Positions 28,193 to 41,440 of a DNA stretch of 63,016 nucleotides are shown here, piece by piece. The notes below the pieces were generated by a model. It ran no database searches, had not been told where the DNA came from, and was given only the letters and a program-made list of their open reading frames with translations. The translations under genes were made by a program, and so were the position numbers. Every line of letters starts with the position of its first letter. Within the stretch, counting starts at the first letter, position 1. The stretch comes from Octopus bimaculoides (Eukaryota), in contig NC_068981.1 of assembly GCF_001194135.2 (NCBI RefSeq), positions 16,072,811-16,135,826 of the forward strand, in the 5' to 3' direction.

Positions 28193-31100
28193 GTTGTTAT
28201 TATTATCATTATTATTATTATATCTATTACTACTACTACTACTTCTACTACTAAAACTACTACTATTATTATTATGTTTTACTCTTAAATGCATTGTCCA
28301 ATCTGGTTCTAATATTTTTGATACAATATAGGATTCCCAGTATGTTTAGCTTAGATCCTGTCTAATATTTTATTATTGTTGTCAGTCTTATGAGTGAGAA
28401 CTGATTCAACCGTTGGTATCCGCAGAAAATTTAAAACACATCGTTGCGAACAATTTAAATGCAATAAACATTTATGTCGGGTATCCTTTCATATGTGATG
28501 CCCATAGATATTCTCAGCTGCCCATTTCAGAACACCTAGGTTACTCAGTACGTACATATGATGAGCATCATCTCATCAACCTGTACTCGACTTATGGTCC
28601 TTTTCTCGATCCTAGATGAATTGAAACTCAGACATAAATGTCTGCGACTTTATTATGTAATGCAAATTACTTTACTCGCTAAAGATTATATCAATCCACT
28701 GCTTCTATTATAAAATGGATTTTTACATCAGAGTCTCCAGCGACGGTAGCTAATGTTACCTTTACTAGTCCTTCTTTATAACAAATAGTAGTTTAGTATT
28801 TTCACAATCTTTGCTTAAAGGTGTCGCCTGTTTTAATGAAACATATGCTGTTTGTAACGTTACTAAACATCAGAAGCTTATTTCTTATAGCTTCAGTCAT
28901 CTTCTTCATTATGAAAATCGATCGGCTGCTGCTTCTTTCGTTGTCGTACATTACAACTTTCATTGTGATGCACACATTTACATATTAATGGGGGAAAGGT
29001 ATAAATGAAAGTCTTTCTTTATAAAGTTTTAATAAGTTGGTGTCTATGATACATGTTTTCAATATTTATGAGTCATGTTGGGGGATTATTTCTGTTGGGT
29101 TTCAAAATGAAATAGTACTGTGTGAAAGAAAAGTGAACCAGGAATTAAAGATAAAAACAAATCCTAAACAAGAACAGTTGCACTTGACAATTTAGCATTT
29201 TATAACCGCGAAGGGCATCTCAGCAATTTAATACATACGGATGTAAAAAGGGGTTTTAGATATTGATATTTATTGTAGAGGAATCTAAGAATGATAAGCA
29301 ACTTATACCAGAACTACTGTGTTATTACCATGAGGACGGCAGACAAACCTCTTTGCGTTTAATTACGAAGAGGAATGAAAAATCTGCATCACAAGATTTT
29401 AGAGGAAGTAATTGCTGGTTCTGCATAGCAATAAATTATTAATTTCAGATACAGATTATCGACACGTAAAATATTGCATTTACATTGGAAATTATTGAAT
29501 TAGGATGGTTTTAGGTGATAAATAATAGTTTCGTTCACAGTTATATGCAAGTACTTTACTTCAATCCATGTGACAATTTCGAGTATACTACAAATGGCTG
29601 ACTATAATAGCCACGACTGTTCAGGTCATTTTTCTTTCAACGTAGTGCATTTAAAAGAAATGATATCGTTGTAAAATATACGGATGCAGATGCACTTATG
29701 CACTTGGTTCTCTCAATTTAGATAGTATATCCTCCGCTAGTGTTGTACACAAGCCAAGACAACCAATATTTGCCATATTCAGATTTATATATGTGTGGAA
29801 ATAGAAGCAAATAGAACCATTGATTGATACTTATACACTTATGCAAAAATGGTTTCATAATAAATATAGATATAAATGGATTCATGTATATGTATAAATG
29901 GACCAGTATATTGCAGTATAAAAACACGCAGAGGCACAAGCATTCGCACATACGCGCATGGACAAACGTACTAAGGAGTGTGTATATACACATATATACA
30001 CACATAAATATATTTATAGATACATACAAATATATATTTATATACACATGTAAATACATATATACATATATATATATATGATATATATATGCATATATAT
30101 ATAATATATATATGCATTTATATATTATATATCATATACCATATATATATGTATGTGATCGCAATAAGGCAGGAAGTCATTAAACTAAAACATGTGGACC
30201 AAACTAAATATATATATTTTAGGTTGACCCTCAGATAATCAACCACAACGCAATACACTTATATCTGCAGCATATCTATATTTTGCTTTAGACAGTTCGT
30301 CACAAGTTACGTAGAAAATTTACCTAAGATCACACACCCTACTGAAAAAGACTTACCGATAATTTCGAACAAATTTGACGAATTAAAGAATAAAGAACTA
30401 AAGAATTAAATGAATTAAAGAGAAAATAATGAAAAAATACAAAGGAATTAATAATGAAAAATGTACAAAGTTTTCAGTAAAACAATTCTAATTAAGTATG
30501 TACGTGTATACATCTCAATATGTATGTATATATATCTATATTTATATGCAATTAAATTCACAAATAGGAGAAAAAATTCGCAATACAACGGTAGAGTGAA
30601 AATAAGCGCAGTAACAGGCTTCTCATTTTAGATCTAAAATAAGTAATTTTGTATAAAATTAAAATCATACAGGAATGTAAATGCAGCACACACATACATA
30701 CATGCACACACACGCACTCACATACAAACAAACACACACATATACATCTATATACACACTCAATAATAGTCAATTAAATTCAAAAATGATACTCTACAAG
30801 ATGTATTGAGTACTTCTTCACCAGTTCAAGATAATCAATGTACATTATATACATAAATATATATGCATATATACTTACATACATACATATGTATATATAT
30901 ATATATATATNNNNNNNNNNATATATATATATACACAAATACATATTTTAAATATATATCTATTTATAGTAACATATACACATATACGTCTTCAGGTCTG
31001 AAGCTGCTTGTTTACCTGAAGCTGAGGGAGTAAATGGATATATAAATAAGATAATATAATGCATACATTATTGTTTTAAAAATTAGTATATATATAGTTT

Positions 31101-32373
31101 TAACAAATTGAAATAATGGATAGAGATTATTTCCAAATAATAATCATCAAATTATCATGCTACCTTAATTATATGAACAAACATAACTACTTATATAAAT
31201 GGCTATATATACATATGCGTCTGAGAGTGTTTGCATGTGTGTATGTGTTTATCTATGTGTGTAAAAACATAGCTAAACAGTGCAAAATATACAAAGATAT
31301 ATTATATAAGTAAATATACTTTATGGTATTATCATTTACTCTTATATACTCCACATCTATATATTTATATATATATATATATNNNNNNNNNNNNNNNNNN
31401 NNNNNNNNNNNNNNNNNNNNNNNNNNNNNNNNNNNNNNNNNNNNNNNNNNNNNNNNNNNNNNNNNNNNNNNNNNNNNNNNNNNNNNNNNNNNNNNNNNNN
31501 NNNNNNNNNNNNNNNNNNNNNNNNNNNNNNNNNNNNNNNNNNNNNNNNNNNNNNNNNNNNNNNNNNNNNNNNNNNNNNNNNNNNNNNNNNNNNNNNNNNN
31601 NNNNNNNNNNNNNNNNNNNNNNNNNNNNNNNNNNNNNNNNNNNNNNNNNNNNNNNNNNNNNNNNNNNNNNNNNNNNNNNNNNNNNNNNNNNNNNNNNNNN
31701 NNNNNNNNNNNNNNNNNNNNNNNNNNNNNNNNNNNNNNNNNNNNNNNNNNNNNNNNNNNNNNNNNNNNNNNNNNNNNNNNNNNNNNNNNNNNNNNNNNNN
31801 NNNNNNNNNNNNNNNNNNNNNNNNNNNNNNNNNNNNNNNNNNNNNNNNNNNNNNNNNNNNNNNNNNNNNNNNNNNNNNNNNNNNNNNNNNNNNNNNNNNN
31901 NNNNNNNNNNNNNNNNNNNNNNNNNNNNNNNNNNNNNNNNNNNNNNNNNNNNNNNNNNNNNNNNNNNNNNNNNNNNNNNNNNNNNNNNNNNNNNNNNNNN
32001 NNNNNNNNNNNNNNNNNNNNNNNNNNNNNNNNNNNNNNNNNNNNNNNNNNNNNNNNNNNNNNNNNNNNNNNNNNNNNNNNNNNNNNNNNNNNNNNNNNNN
32101 NNNNNNNNNNNNNNNNNNNNNNNNNNNNNNNNNNNNNNNNNNNNNNNNNNNNNNNNNNNNNNNNNNNNNNNNNNNNNNNNNNNNNNNNNNNNNNNNNNNN
32201 NNNNNNNNNNNNNNNNNNNNNNNNNNNNNNNNNNNNNNNNNNNNNNNNNNNNNNNNNNNNNNNNNNNNATATATATACATGTGTAATTAGGAAAATAACA
32301 GCATGTAATTTCTGGACTGCTCATAAAGATATCATTTCTCAAAGAGAATTACTGGAACTTGTCTCCGACTTGC

Positions 32374-32514
32374 CTTGTTTTTTCTTGACCTCATTTTTGA
32401 ATGAAATAAGTATTCCAAGAGAGCAACGAGCATAGCGGCTACCAGGCCCGCTATGAGGATATGAAATATTCCGGACACATTACTCAATCGAAGTGCACTG
32501 GTCTTTGAAGATTC
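32374..32514 (-). CDS. GRIA: AMPA-type glutamate receptor, pre-M4/M4 exon
   Basis: Acceptor ttctttttaacttctcattgcag|GAATCT; 141 nt (47 codons) encoding ESSKTSALRLSNVSGIFHILIAGLVAAMLVALLEYLFHSKMRSRKNK, homologous to GluA [38 protein letters not shown]. In frame with the 40529-40634 exon. The 3' boundary is inferred from AAG|GCAAGT (GC donor); the frame also stays open to a TGA at 32332-32334. Confidence 0.92.
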
Positions 32515-33033
32515 CTGCAATGAGAAGTTAAAAAGAATTAAAATGGCTTAACGTTAATATACGTTTTTATTTTATTATTCATAAATGTGGTGTATATGTT
32601 TGTTTATACGTATTTGCATTTCCTTTCGTCTATCTTATGTATCTATATCGCTAGTCTTGTATTGGTTTTAGTCATTAGACTGCAGCTATGCAGGTAAACT
32701 GCTTTGAAGGGATTTAATGGCACCAAACAACTCAAGTACTTATTATCTAAAGCCTGGTATTATTCTATTGTGCCTGACGGTGCAGCGTAGCACCTACATT
32801 GCTAGAAATGAGAGATAAAAACCCTTACAACCGCATCGAAACACACGTCTATGCACTGATAAGGGAGCTGACCCCCACACAGCGAACGAGATAACCATAC
32901 TAATCTAGTTTCGCTTAAAATCAAAGCTCATCATGGTGACGGCTCCATCGCAGGCTAGTTTGTCTAAATCCCGGCTGTCTTTATATAATATTTACCATAT
33001 CAACCAGTCACAACTAATAGACAATTATGCATG

Positions 33034-33070
<37 letters not shown>

Positions 33071-34127
33071 GTATGTACATGCACATATTTACATACATGC
33101 GCACATACATACATACATACTTACAAACATACTCTTGTCGTGTCTTACCGACGACCTTCGTAGGTAGGAGTTATAATGAAGAACTACATTCGTAAATGTA
33201 TGTGTGTGTGTATCTTTGTAATTGTGTCTCTGTGTGCGTACTGTATGTAAGTAGCAACAACTCACATACTTCTATATACATATTCGTTTGCAAAATCGTT
33301 AGAGATTTCCGGGTTACTTATATTTCGTGTTTTACCTGTGTCCATCCCATCAGATCAATACACTTGTGACGAAAACATTCTACAGTAGAGCAAAGTATTG
33401 TTAATTCTTCAAAAACATCAACAGTCAAAACTCCACCTTGATACTTTCTAGAAAAATAACTCCATTCACAATTGTTTATGTGACATTAAAACATGGTTAA
33501 AGTGTTGGTACCAAATTGTCTGGAAGTTGAATAAATAATTATGACTCACATCCTACTTGTAATACGAATAAAATCTTTTGACTTGTAGGTCAAAATATCA
33601 ACTAATTATATATGTGTGTGTGTGTATGTGTATAATTTGATAAAGTATAATTACCATTATCAAAGACTAAAAATAATAACAATTATATACCTCTTCTTCA
33701 AAGTAGATATTTGTGCATAAAGAAACAGAGCAAATTAGTATGAAAAACAATTTTACACACATTTTAATACACAATGTTTTTCTTTCCCCCTTATATGTAA
33801 TATAGTTCTGTTAATTTTAAAGACGATAAGTTTCAAGTGGTATTTACCATACAAGTATGCACACAAGAGATCACAACACATTCACCCTATTTGCAAAGTA
33901 TGGAACAATTCTAAGGCTTATATATAAATAGATATGTGTGTGTTTATGAGTGTGTGTGAGTGTGTATGTGTGCGTGTATATATGTATATATGTATATATG
34001 CACCAGCATGACCGCAGCCACTTGGCTGAAACACATAAATAAATAAAAATATATATATGTGTATATATAAGTTATATATATATATATATNNNNNNNNNNN
34101 NNNNNNNNNNNNNTATATATATGTATA

Positions 34128-34985
34128 TATTAGGTCAAAAATGAAATGTCTGATTTTTAACTTAAAGTTTATTTAATTTTATCTCAAAAAAAGCAATGCA
34201 GTTAATCAAAGTATGAATCTAAATTATCAACACGATTTTACCATTTTACCGGTAGCTTATTTATGCCGGCAGCAAAGAATTCTGGAGCGAAAGAGGTGAT
34301 TATATCACGAAAGGCTGTTTTTGCATCTTCCGATTTGAAGTTTTTTCCTTGCAAAAAGTTGTCTAATTCCTTCAAAACGTGGTAGTCAGTTGGTGCAACG
34401 TCTGGTGAATATGGTGGATGACAGAGTACTTCCAAGTTCATTTCCTCTAACTTGAATAGCATTCTTTGTGCAGCATGTCGTCGAGCATTTTCTTGCAAGA
34501 GAATTTGCCTATCTCTATTGATCAATCTCGATTGTTTAATTGCAATTTCACACATCATTACATCCAACTGACGTATACATCCGACGTAATTGATTTAACA
34601 GGTCTCATGAAGCGGTAGTGGATGACACTAGGGTTAGACCACCAAACAAAACCATAGCATTTTTTGGTAAATATTCTTTCTTAGATTGTGTTTTGGCACT
34701 TCTTCTCTATCCAACCACTGTGCCGAACACTTGCTATTGTTCAAAAGAATCCATCATTATTCACTTTGGTCTCCAGTCTACCTCGGGGCAGATCTTCAAG
34801 CGTAAACTCAGACCCGTAATTTTCAAACCATTGACGTCCAGTGCGCTCATTCGCCACATCTTCACCAAACACCTGATTGATGTTTCGAACTGTTTGAGAT
34901 GCATTAGTTCCACGACGGATTTCATATTCATAAACGCATAATTCATAAACGCAAACTACTTACCACACAGACATTCCTGCGTATA
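34128..34985 (-). mobile_element. Decayed mariner (Tc1/mariner) DNA transposon, internally deleted and frameshifted
   Basis: C-terminal ORF 34238-34567 has ILLQENARRH...EVLCHPPYSPDVAPTDYH (mariner HPPYSPDLAPSDY motif). An N-terminal frame near 34740-34920 reads IRRGTNASQTVRNINQVFGEDVANERTGRQWFENYGSEFTLEDLPRGR. TIR-like tattaggtc... near 34128. Ends approximate. Confidence 0.9.
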
Positions 34986-35009
34986 TATAATATTCTTATA
35001 TTATTTTAT

Positions 35010-35392
35010 TCTTTTATTTGTTTCAGTCATTTGACTGCAGCCATACTGGAGCACCACCATTAGTCGAAGAATTCGACCCAGAATTTATTCTTTGTAAGCC
35101 TAGTATTTATTCTACCCGTCACTTTTGTCGAACCGCTAGCTAACGGGGACCTAAACATACCAACATCGGTTGTCAAGTGATGGTAGGATGGACACGCACA
35201 CACTCACACACACACACATATTTATATATATACAACGAGCTTGCTTTCAGTTTTCGTCCACCTAATCCACTCACAAGTCTTTGTTCGCCCCGAGGCCACA
35301 GTAGAAGACACTTGCCCAAGGCGCCACGCAATGGGACTGAACCCGTAACCATGTGGTTGGTAAGCCAGCTACTTTCCACACAGCCACTCCTG
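35010..35392 (-). mobile_element. tRNA-derived SINE, family C
   Basis: Both halves present and colinear with the other family C copies. Confidence 0.85.
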
Positions 35393-36504
35393 TTTGTGTG
35401 CATGTACGTACAAAGAGAGATTGAGAGAGAGTGAGGAAGGGAGGTAAAAAGTGGGAGAGAGTGTTTGAATGTAAATTTGTATGTCAGTGAGAGGACAAAT
35501 ATATGCGTCATGTCATGCCCAATTAGCCATAAAAAATTCTGCCGTTACACTTTCTCGTCAAGTATTCAGTATATCAATTGAATAAAATATCTAAAATGTT
35601 TACTTATTCTGTAGAAATATACAAGTTTATTTTATTTGCCCTTTTTATTAATATTCGGGCTAAAGGAATATGGCACTGTAATTTGCTGATTATTTCCTCA
35701 TATATTTTTTATGTATTATGTATATTTTCGAATTATTTCTTTCAGAAAATTTTAATTGCGTTTATTACACCGGAAACGTGAGGTGAATCGATAAGGAAAA
35801 TTTAGTTTCTCCTATTTCTAAATATGCTAATATTTGCCAAAATTAATTCCTAATATGTATTGCCATCTTTGCTACAGTATGCAAGTTCCCATCATCTGCA
35901 TCATAGCAGAATTAAATTCCTTTCAGTTACTGAATTCAAATTATCGTTTTAGCGAAATCATTTTATCTCTATAATACACGATGAAGTAAATTTATCAAAA
36001 AATTGTGCTTTATAAATAAAGATGTTTATGTATGCGTATATCTATATGAAAATGACGTATCTCTTTGCTCATATTTTATTACACACACACACAAAGTGAT
36101 GCGCGTGTGTATGTATATACAGGTGTATAAGTATGTATAAGTATGTATATTTTATGTCTGCCTCTATAATTGCTGTATATTTTTAGTGAAATGCAAACAC
36201 ATTTTGCATACGTTTTCAGGAACATGTAATTTCTGGTAACCTCCAGAAAAAAGTTTTGAAACAATGCATCTCTTATGATATGAAATCATGTGTATTTTTT
36301 CCTCCAATATATTTCTGATGTCACCTTGGATGTATTATTGAAATCTGCGTCAGTACTAAACTACTACATGGTTTAACAAACACGGACGGAATGATAAAAG
36401 GATAAAATCAAAATTCGAAATCAGAATGAAATGATCCATAACTAAACAAGGCTGCTAGCACTCAGCCATCTACTGGCTTTCATTTTAGAACATGACGTTT
36501 CGGA

Positions 36505-36587
<83 letters not shown>

Positions 36588-36814
36588 TGTGTGTGTGTGC
36601 GCGTGTGTGTAAGTGTGTTGTATTTAACTACGATATACATACTGTTTACGATTTCTTTTCTTTCTTCCAAATTTTCCCTTTCTCCTTTCCGATGAAGAGC
36701 AATTATTTCTCGACAAATACGCTACAAATTGTGGTAAAGTCTCTAGAACTCTGAGAAATAGCATTAAAACTGGATAATCTTACCAACGTTGCTAATCTCA
36801 CACGTGGTTACATG

Positions 36815-37590
36815 AACACTCGTTTCACAATGAATTGAAGATGAACTACAGTAAGAACTCTTCCTTTTTTGCATGCAAACACCCAATGCACATATGAAGA
36901 AAAAGCACAATCAAGATAAATATTCCTTTGATCGGACCATTAGGAGTAGAAATAACAGGACATCGTTTTCAAGACCCCCAACAACTAAGGACAACCCAAA
37001 GAAGAGGAAAACAAGAACAAGTCATATTGTTTATAGTGACACACAACCCATGTCAGCAGAATATCTTCAACATTGCCAAAGCAAACCTATCAATTATTAC
37101 TCAAAGTAATGAATTAAAAGATATAATCACGGATCGCGCTATGGTTCTTAGTAAAAGATAGCCTAAAAACCTGAAAGATATTATTAACAAGGGCAAAGTT
37201 TGACCTCAGGAACAAAGACCAATCATTCACTGTATCGAAATGCAATGATAGCCGATGTGGAACATGCCAATTCATACACAATGGTTAATATATGAACATT
37301 AAAACCGGAAAAATATTCACAAACGCAGTTATGGAGTGCAAAAGCAGAAATCTAATTTACAACATTAAATGCACGAATTGTAGAAAACTGTATGTGGGTC
37401 AGACTAGACATGCACTATCAGGAGGTTCGCGTGTGCCCCGACAGCAAATTAGAGACCCACATGTCCGTCAGATACCTTTGAGTAACCATCAAGCAACATG
37501 TGGTTGGAAAATATTTATATTTATATTTATATTCATTCCACAAACTACAGCGAAAAGAACTTTATTGATAAATTCCAACCCAAGCTAAAG
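36815..37590 (+). mobile_element. Penelope-like retroelement 3' remnant (RT C-terminus/linker + GIY-YIG endonuclease), degraded
   Basis: Frame 37292-37588 has CKSRNLIYNIKCTNCRKLYVGQT...IPLSNHQATC (GIY-YIG with Cys/His motif). Preceding sequence gives FIVTHNP, PKNLKDI and CNDSRCGTCQF (PLE linker). Several stops and frameshifts. Confidence 0.88.
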
Positions 37591-38749
37591 AGACAATAAT
37601 AATAATAATTAGAGGCACTATTTCTACTGCTACGACCGCTATCACTAGCAACAACATTACTAAAGGTTCTCATGATGACGATAGCAGTAAAATACTAGCT
37701 AAGTCAAGAGAAAAGTCAGCAAAAACAATGTTATTTAGGGTTCAAAGTTCTATTACCACAGCTACTCCTACCGCCACCACCATCACCACCACCACCACCA
37801 CCACTACCGCCACCACCACCACCACTAACGACAACAATAATAAAGGAGGTGATAATGGTGATGATGATAATTGAAATGTTTAAAACATTTCTAAAAATAT
37901 CCAATATTCTAAAAATATTACTGCTTTGGGCAGGGTCAAATTACTGGTCTCTTGACAAGTTCAACAAACCGTGATGCCTGAACCAAACCCAACACCAATC
38001 AACTTAAATCATTTAGTGAAGCCACACGCTGATTGGTCAGAATACAGTTTGCAAAACTTAACATTCTGGAGCCTATACAAATGTATTTAAGGCACACATT
38101 TTAGACATCTCACTACACTTGTAAATTGTAAAACATAACTGCCACCACTACTATATGTACCTGAAGATTGCATAGTTTAATACATGAAAGTACTAGTTCA
38201 ATCAGAATGGACATTTAATATTCTATCATTTCATTATATTATATTATCTTATATTATATTAATATAAAATTATAAATAAAACGTGAAAATCAGACACAGT
38301 TGGAATTCCTTTCCTTGATATATATCTATATATATATGTGTGTGTGTGTGTTTGTATATGTACGTGTGTATTTGTGTGCGTGTATGTATATGCGTGTGTG
38401 TATATAGATATATACATCATTGTTTTTCTTTTAGTTGAAGCTTGTATCATTGTAACAAAATTTGAAATTTGATCGGTAATGTAGGCTTAAAAAACAAAGC
38501 GATTTATAGAACATAACTTTGTTATTTTTTCTGACATCTCTACTCATTCTTGTTTATGTATCTCTTTCATTGTTTGAAAAATATGTTTTCATATCGAGAA
38601 TTCAGGAAAGAATAACAATATAACTTTGTTTTTATAATGACAATACTTTTGGTTTCCATATTTGTTCATATACATATGTACATATATATTCATACATACA
38701 AACACAGATACATGTATGCATACATACGTACATATATATACACACATTC

Positions 38750-38783
<34 letters not shown>

Positions 38784-38784
38784 A

Positions 38785-38968
38785 GTTGAAATTTACAGAA
38801 AAACAAAAGACGAAGACAGGTGTATGAACAACAAGCAGGTATATTAGTTTAACGCTCGGGAAGGTGAGAAAATCATTTACGTTTCGAGCCTACGCTCTTC
38901 AACAGAAAGAAATATAAGGATATGAACAGAGTGAGAATAAAACAAACTTGTGGATTTAGCGATCAATA
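38785..38968 (-). mobile_element. Interspersed repeat with hammerhead-like motif, probable Penelope terminal repeat (copy 1)
   Basis: Colinear with 54533-54716. Minus strand tcttt-CTGTTGA-A-GAGC-gtag-GCTC-GAAAC-GTA-aatga at 38873-38910. Confidence 0.7.
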
Positions 38969-39055
38969 TCATATATTTTATATATAATACGTATGTTCAT
39001 ACATACATATATACATCAATACATACGTACTTACAAACATACATATATACATACA

Positions 39056-39088
<33 letters not shown>

Positions 39089-40089
39089 TCTTTAAGCGGC
39101 GACAATTGTGAGAACATTAGGTAAATTACTGGTAAATACAAAATTTCGTTCAAGAACTAAGAACAAGGAGATCACCAATTGAACGACTTCCATCCTTAGT
39201 CAGCTATCTCAGGATCAACATCGGAATTTAACAACTTGACACTTAACAAAAGATGTGATAAATGTTGGCCTCCTCCGGTAAAATCTCAACCAAAAAACAA
39301 TTCTGTTACAGTCCCCTCAAAAAGCTTTGTAAATTTATTCCATTTTGTGATTTATTATTAAATTCTTAATGAAATATATCTGATAGGGCTATTATTAAAC
39401 TATTGTGTCAAAGGCTATAACTAAAGACTGTGTCATAATGTTGTTTCAGTGTATTTATATGTGTGCGTATGTGTCTTAGGCACATCTCCACGACAGGCTT
39501 TTACTAAGCACAAAAGTTAAATTCAGCGGTGAAACTTAAATACTGCTCCATTCCGAATATTTGTACACCATCCACGGCTTAAGACGCTGCGCCTATTTTT
39601 ATAGAAAAATTCGAGGAAGTGTTTGATAAGCTGAAATGGTGTGCTTAGTGAAATGTATATTTTAGAACACTTGCACTTCATCCGAAAGCAGTTGCAGGCG
39701 ATTTTGTTGCTTTAATAAGCAAGCTAATAAATGTACAAAATGTTAAATCCTATTTTTACAAGAGTGACAATGGAAGTTGACTGGAATTTATAGCAAACAA
39801 AACGCTCTGTACTAAAGAGCAATAAATCAGTTTTTTAATGCTCCTAAGGAAGGAATCGAAACCACTACGTTGCAATAATGACTGAAACGACCTAACGTTT
39901 AGATCATTCATTGTTTCCTCCGCAAGCATTTTATATCACGCTGATCCGGTTCACTCAGCCGCTTCAATCCCAATATTTGTAGACCTTCCACGGTTCAAGA
40001 CGCTCTGTATGCAACACACCTTATTTACAGATATTTGTAGATGAAATTGAGCATTTGAAAATTGAATATGTTGATAGCCGTACCCCATT

Positions 40090-40120
<31 letters not shown>

Positions 40121-40528
40121 CTGTTGTTGTTGCTGTTATTATTGATGCCACTCTTATTGTTTAGCGAAAGGTTTATTTAGACAAGCGAACATATGAACAA
40201 AGAAATGCCAGCTGTACCAATTTCGTCGTTTTTACTTTTTCCGTTCTTCAGAAAATGACATCCTAGGATCACATTATCCAGTAAGTTTTTTTCATTAAAG
40301 TAGAGTATAGTTTGAGACAGGTTTGGCTTCTACTTTGTCAGGTCTAATGACCGAATATAATCTCCCAATTTAGCCCATATCCTATGTATTACGCATGGCA
40401 TGTTACTTGTGCCATTCTCTCAGCTTCACGCCAAAGCCTAAACGACATACTCATTTGCATAAACGGTATAACACAGAGCAAAATTACATTATATCATATA
40501 TCAGTGACGAAAATAATATTAAACTTAC

Positions 40529-40634
40529 TTTATCTGGCTGACCGCATTGTCCTTTGTCATACCACCATTTCTTTTCCAGTTTGTGTAGTTCTCCCTTTTC
40601 ACGTAAAACGAGAACAGCTAGATTTATTGGCATC
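40529..40634 (-). CDS. GRIA: AMPA-type ionotropic glutamate receptor, S2 exon equivalent to the vertebrate flip/flop exon
   Basis: Minus strand reads tcatctatgttttcag|G ATG CCA ATA AAT CTA...GAT AAA|gtaagt: canonical acceptor and donor, 106 nt, phase 2 to phase 0. It encodes [35 protein letters not shown], matching the GluA motif xxVNLAVLKLxEQGxLDKLKNKWWYDKGECG. The family is recognised; the paralogue is not. Confidence 0.93.
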
Positions 40635-40774
40635 CTGAAAACATAGATGAAGTAAATTATAATAATATTATAGTCATGCGCTTTTACATAAGATACATTC
40701 ACAGAATACGGCAATATCTGAAATGTGAACATAAACCGATCATAGTCTGCATCGGCATTAAGTGAGTTTATTTC

Positions 40775-41050
40775 TTTTCTTTCATTCTCTTACTTGTTTC
40801 AGCCATTTCAGTGCGGCCATGCTGGAGTACCGCCTTGAGTGGTTTTACGCGAACAAATCGACCCCAGGACATATTTCTAAAGCCTAGTATTTATTCTGTC
40901 GGCGTCTTTTGCCGAACCACTGAGTTATGGAGACTGAGACACACCAACACCGGTAGTCAAGCGGTGATGGGAGGACAAAGAGAGACACAAAGACACACAC
41001 ACACATACACATGCACATGCACACACCTACACCCAAGTATATATACACAC

Positions 41051-41093
<43 letters not shown>

Positions 41094-41440
41094 NNNNNNN
41101 NNNNNNNNNNNNNNNNNNNNNNNNNNNNNNNNNNNNNNNNNNNNNNNNNNNNNNNNNNNNNNNNNNNNNNNNNNNNNNNNNNNNNNNNNNNNNNNNNNNN
41201 NNNNNNNNNNNNNNNNNNNNNNNNNNNNNNNNNNNNNNNNNNNNNNNNNNNNNNNNNNNNNNNNNNNNNNNNNNNTATATATATATATATATATACACAC
41301 AACGATATTTTGTTTCGGTTTCCGTATACCAAATCAACACAGGGTTTTTGGTTGGCCCGAGGTTACAGAAGACATTTGGCCAAGGTGCCACACAGTGGGA
41401 TTGAACCTGGAGCCTTGTGGTTGAGAAGCAAGCTTCTTTA
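40775..41440 (-). mobile_element. tRNA-derived SINE, family C, central microsatellite spanning an N-gap
   Basis: tttcagccatttcagtgcggccatgctggag... and ...gccaaggtgccacacagtgggattgaacc match family C. Confidence 0.8.

Noticed and set aside
28576-28611. Alternative short terminal exon (catctag|DREKDHKSSTG*)
   Set aside because: In phase but with a weaker acceptor and no other support; indistinguishable from chance without transcripts.
39951-40151. ORF containing MGYGY, resembling the KGYGIATP of the preceding GluA exon
   Set aside because: It is on the wrong side of the 40529 exon, has no other matching residues and begins in a microsatellite.
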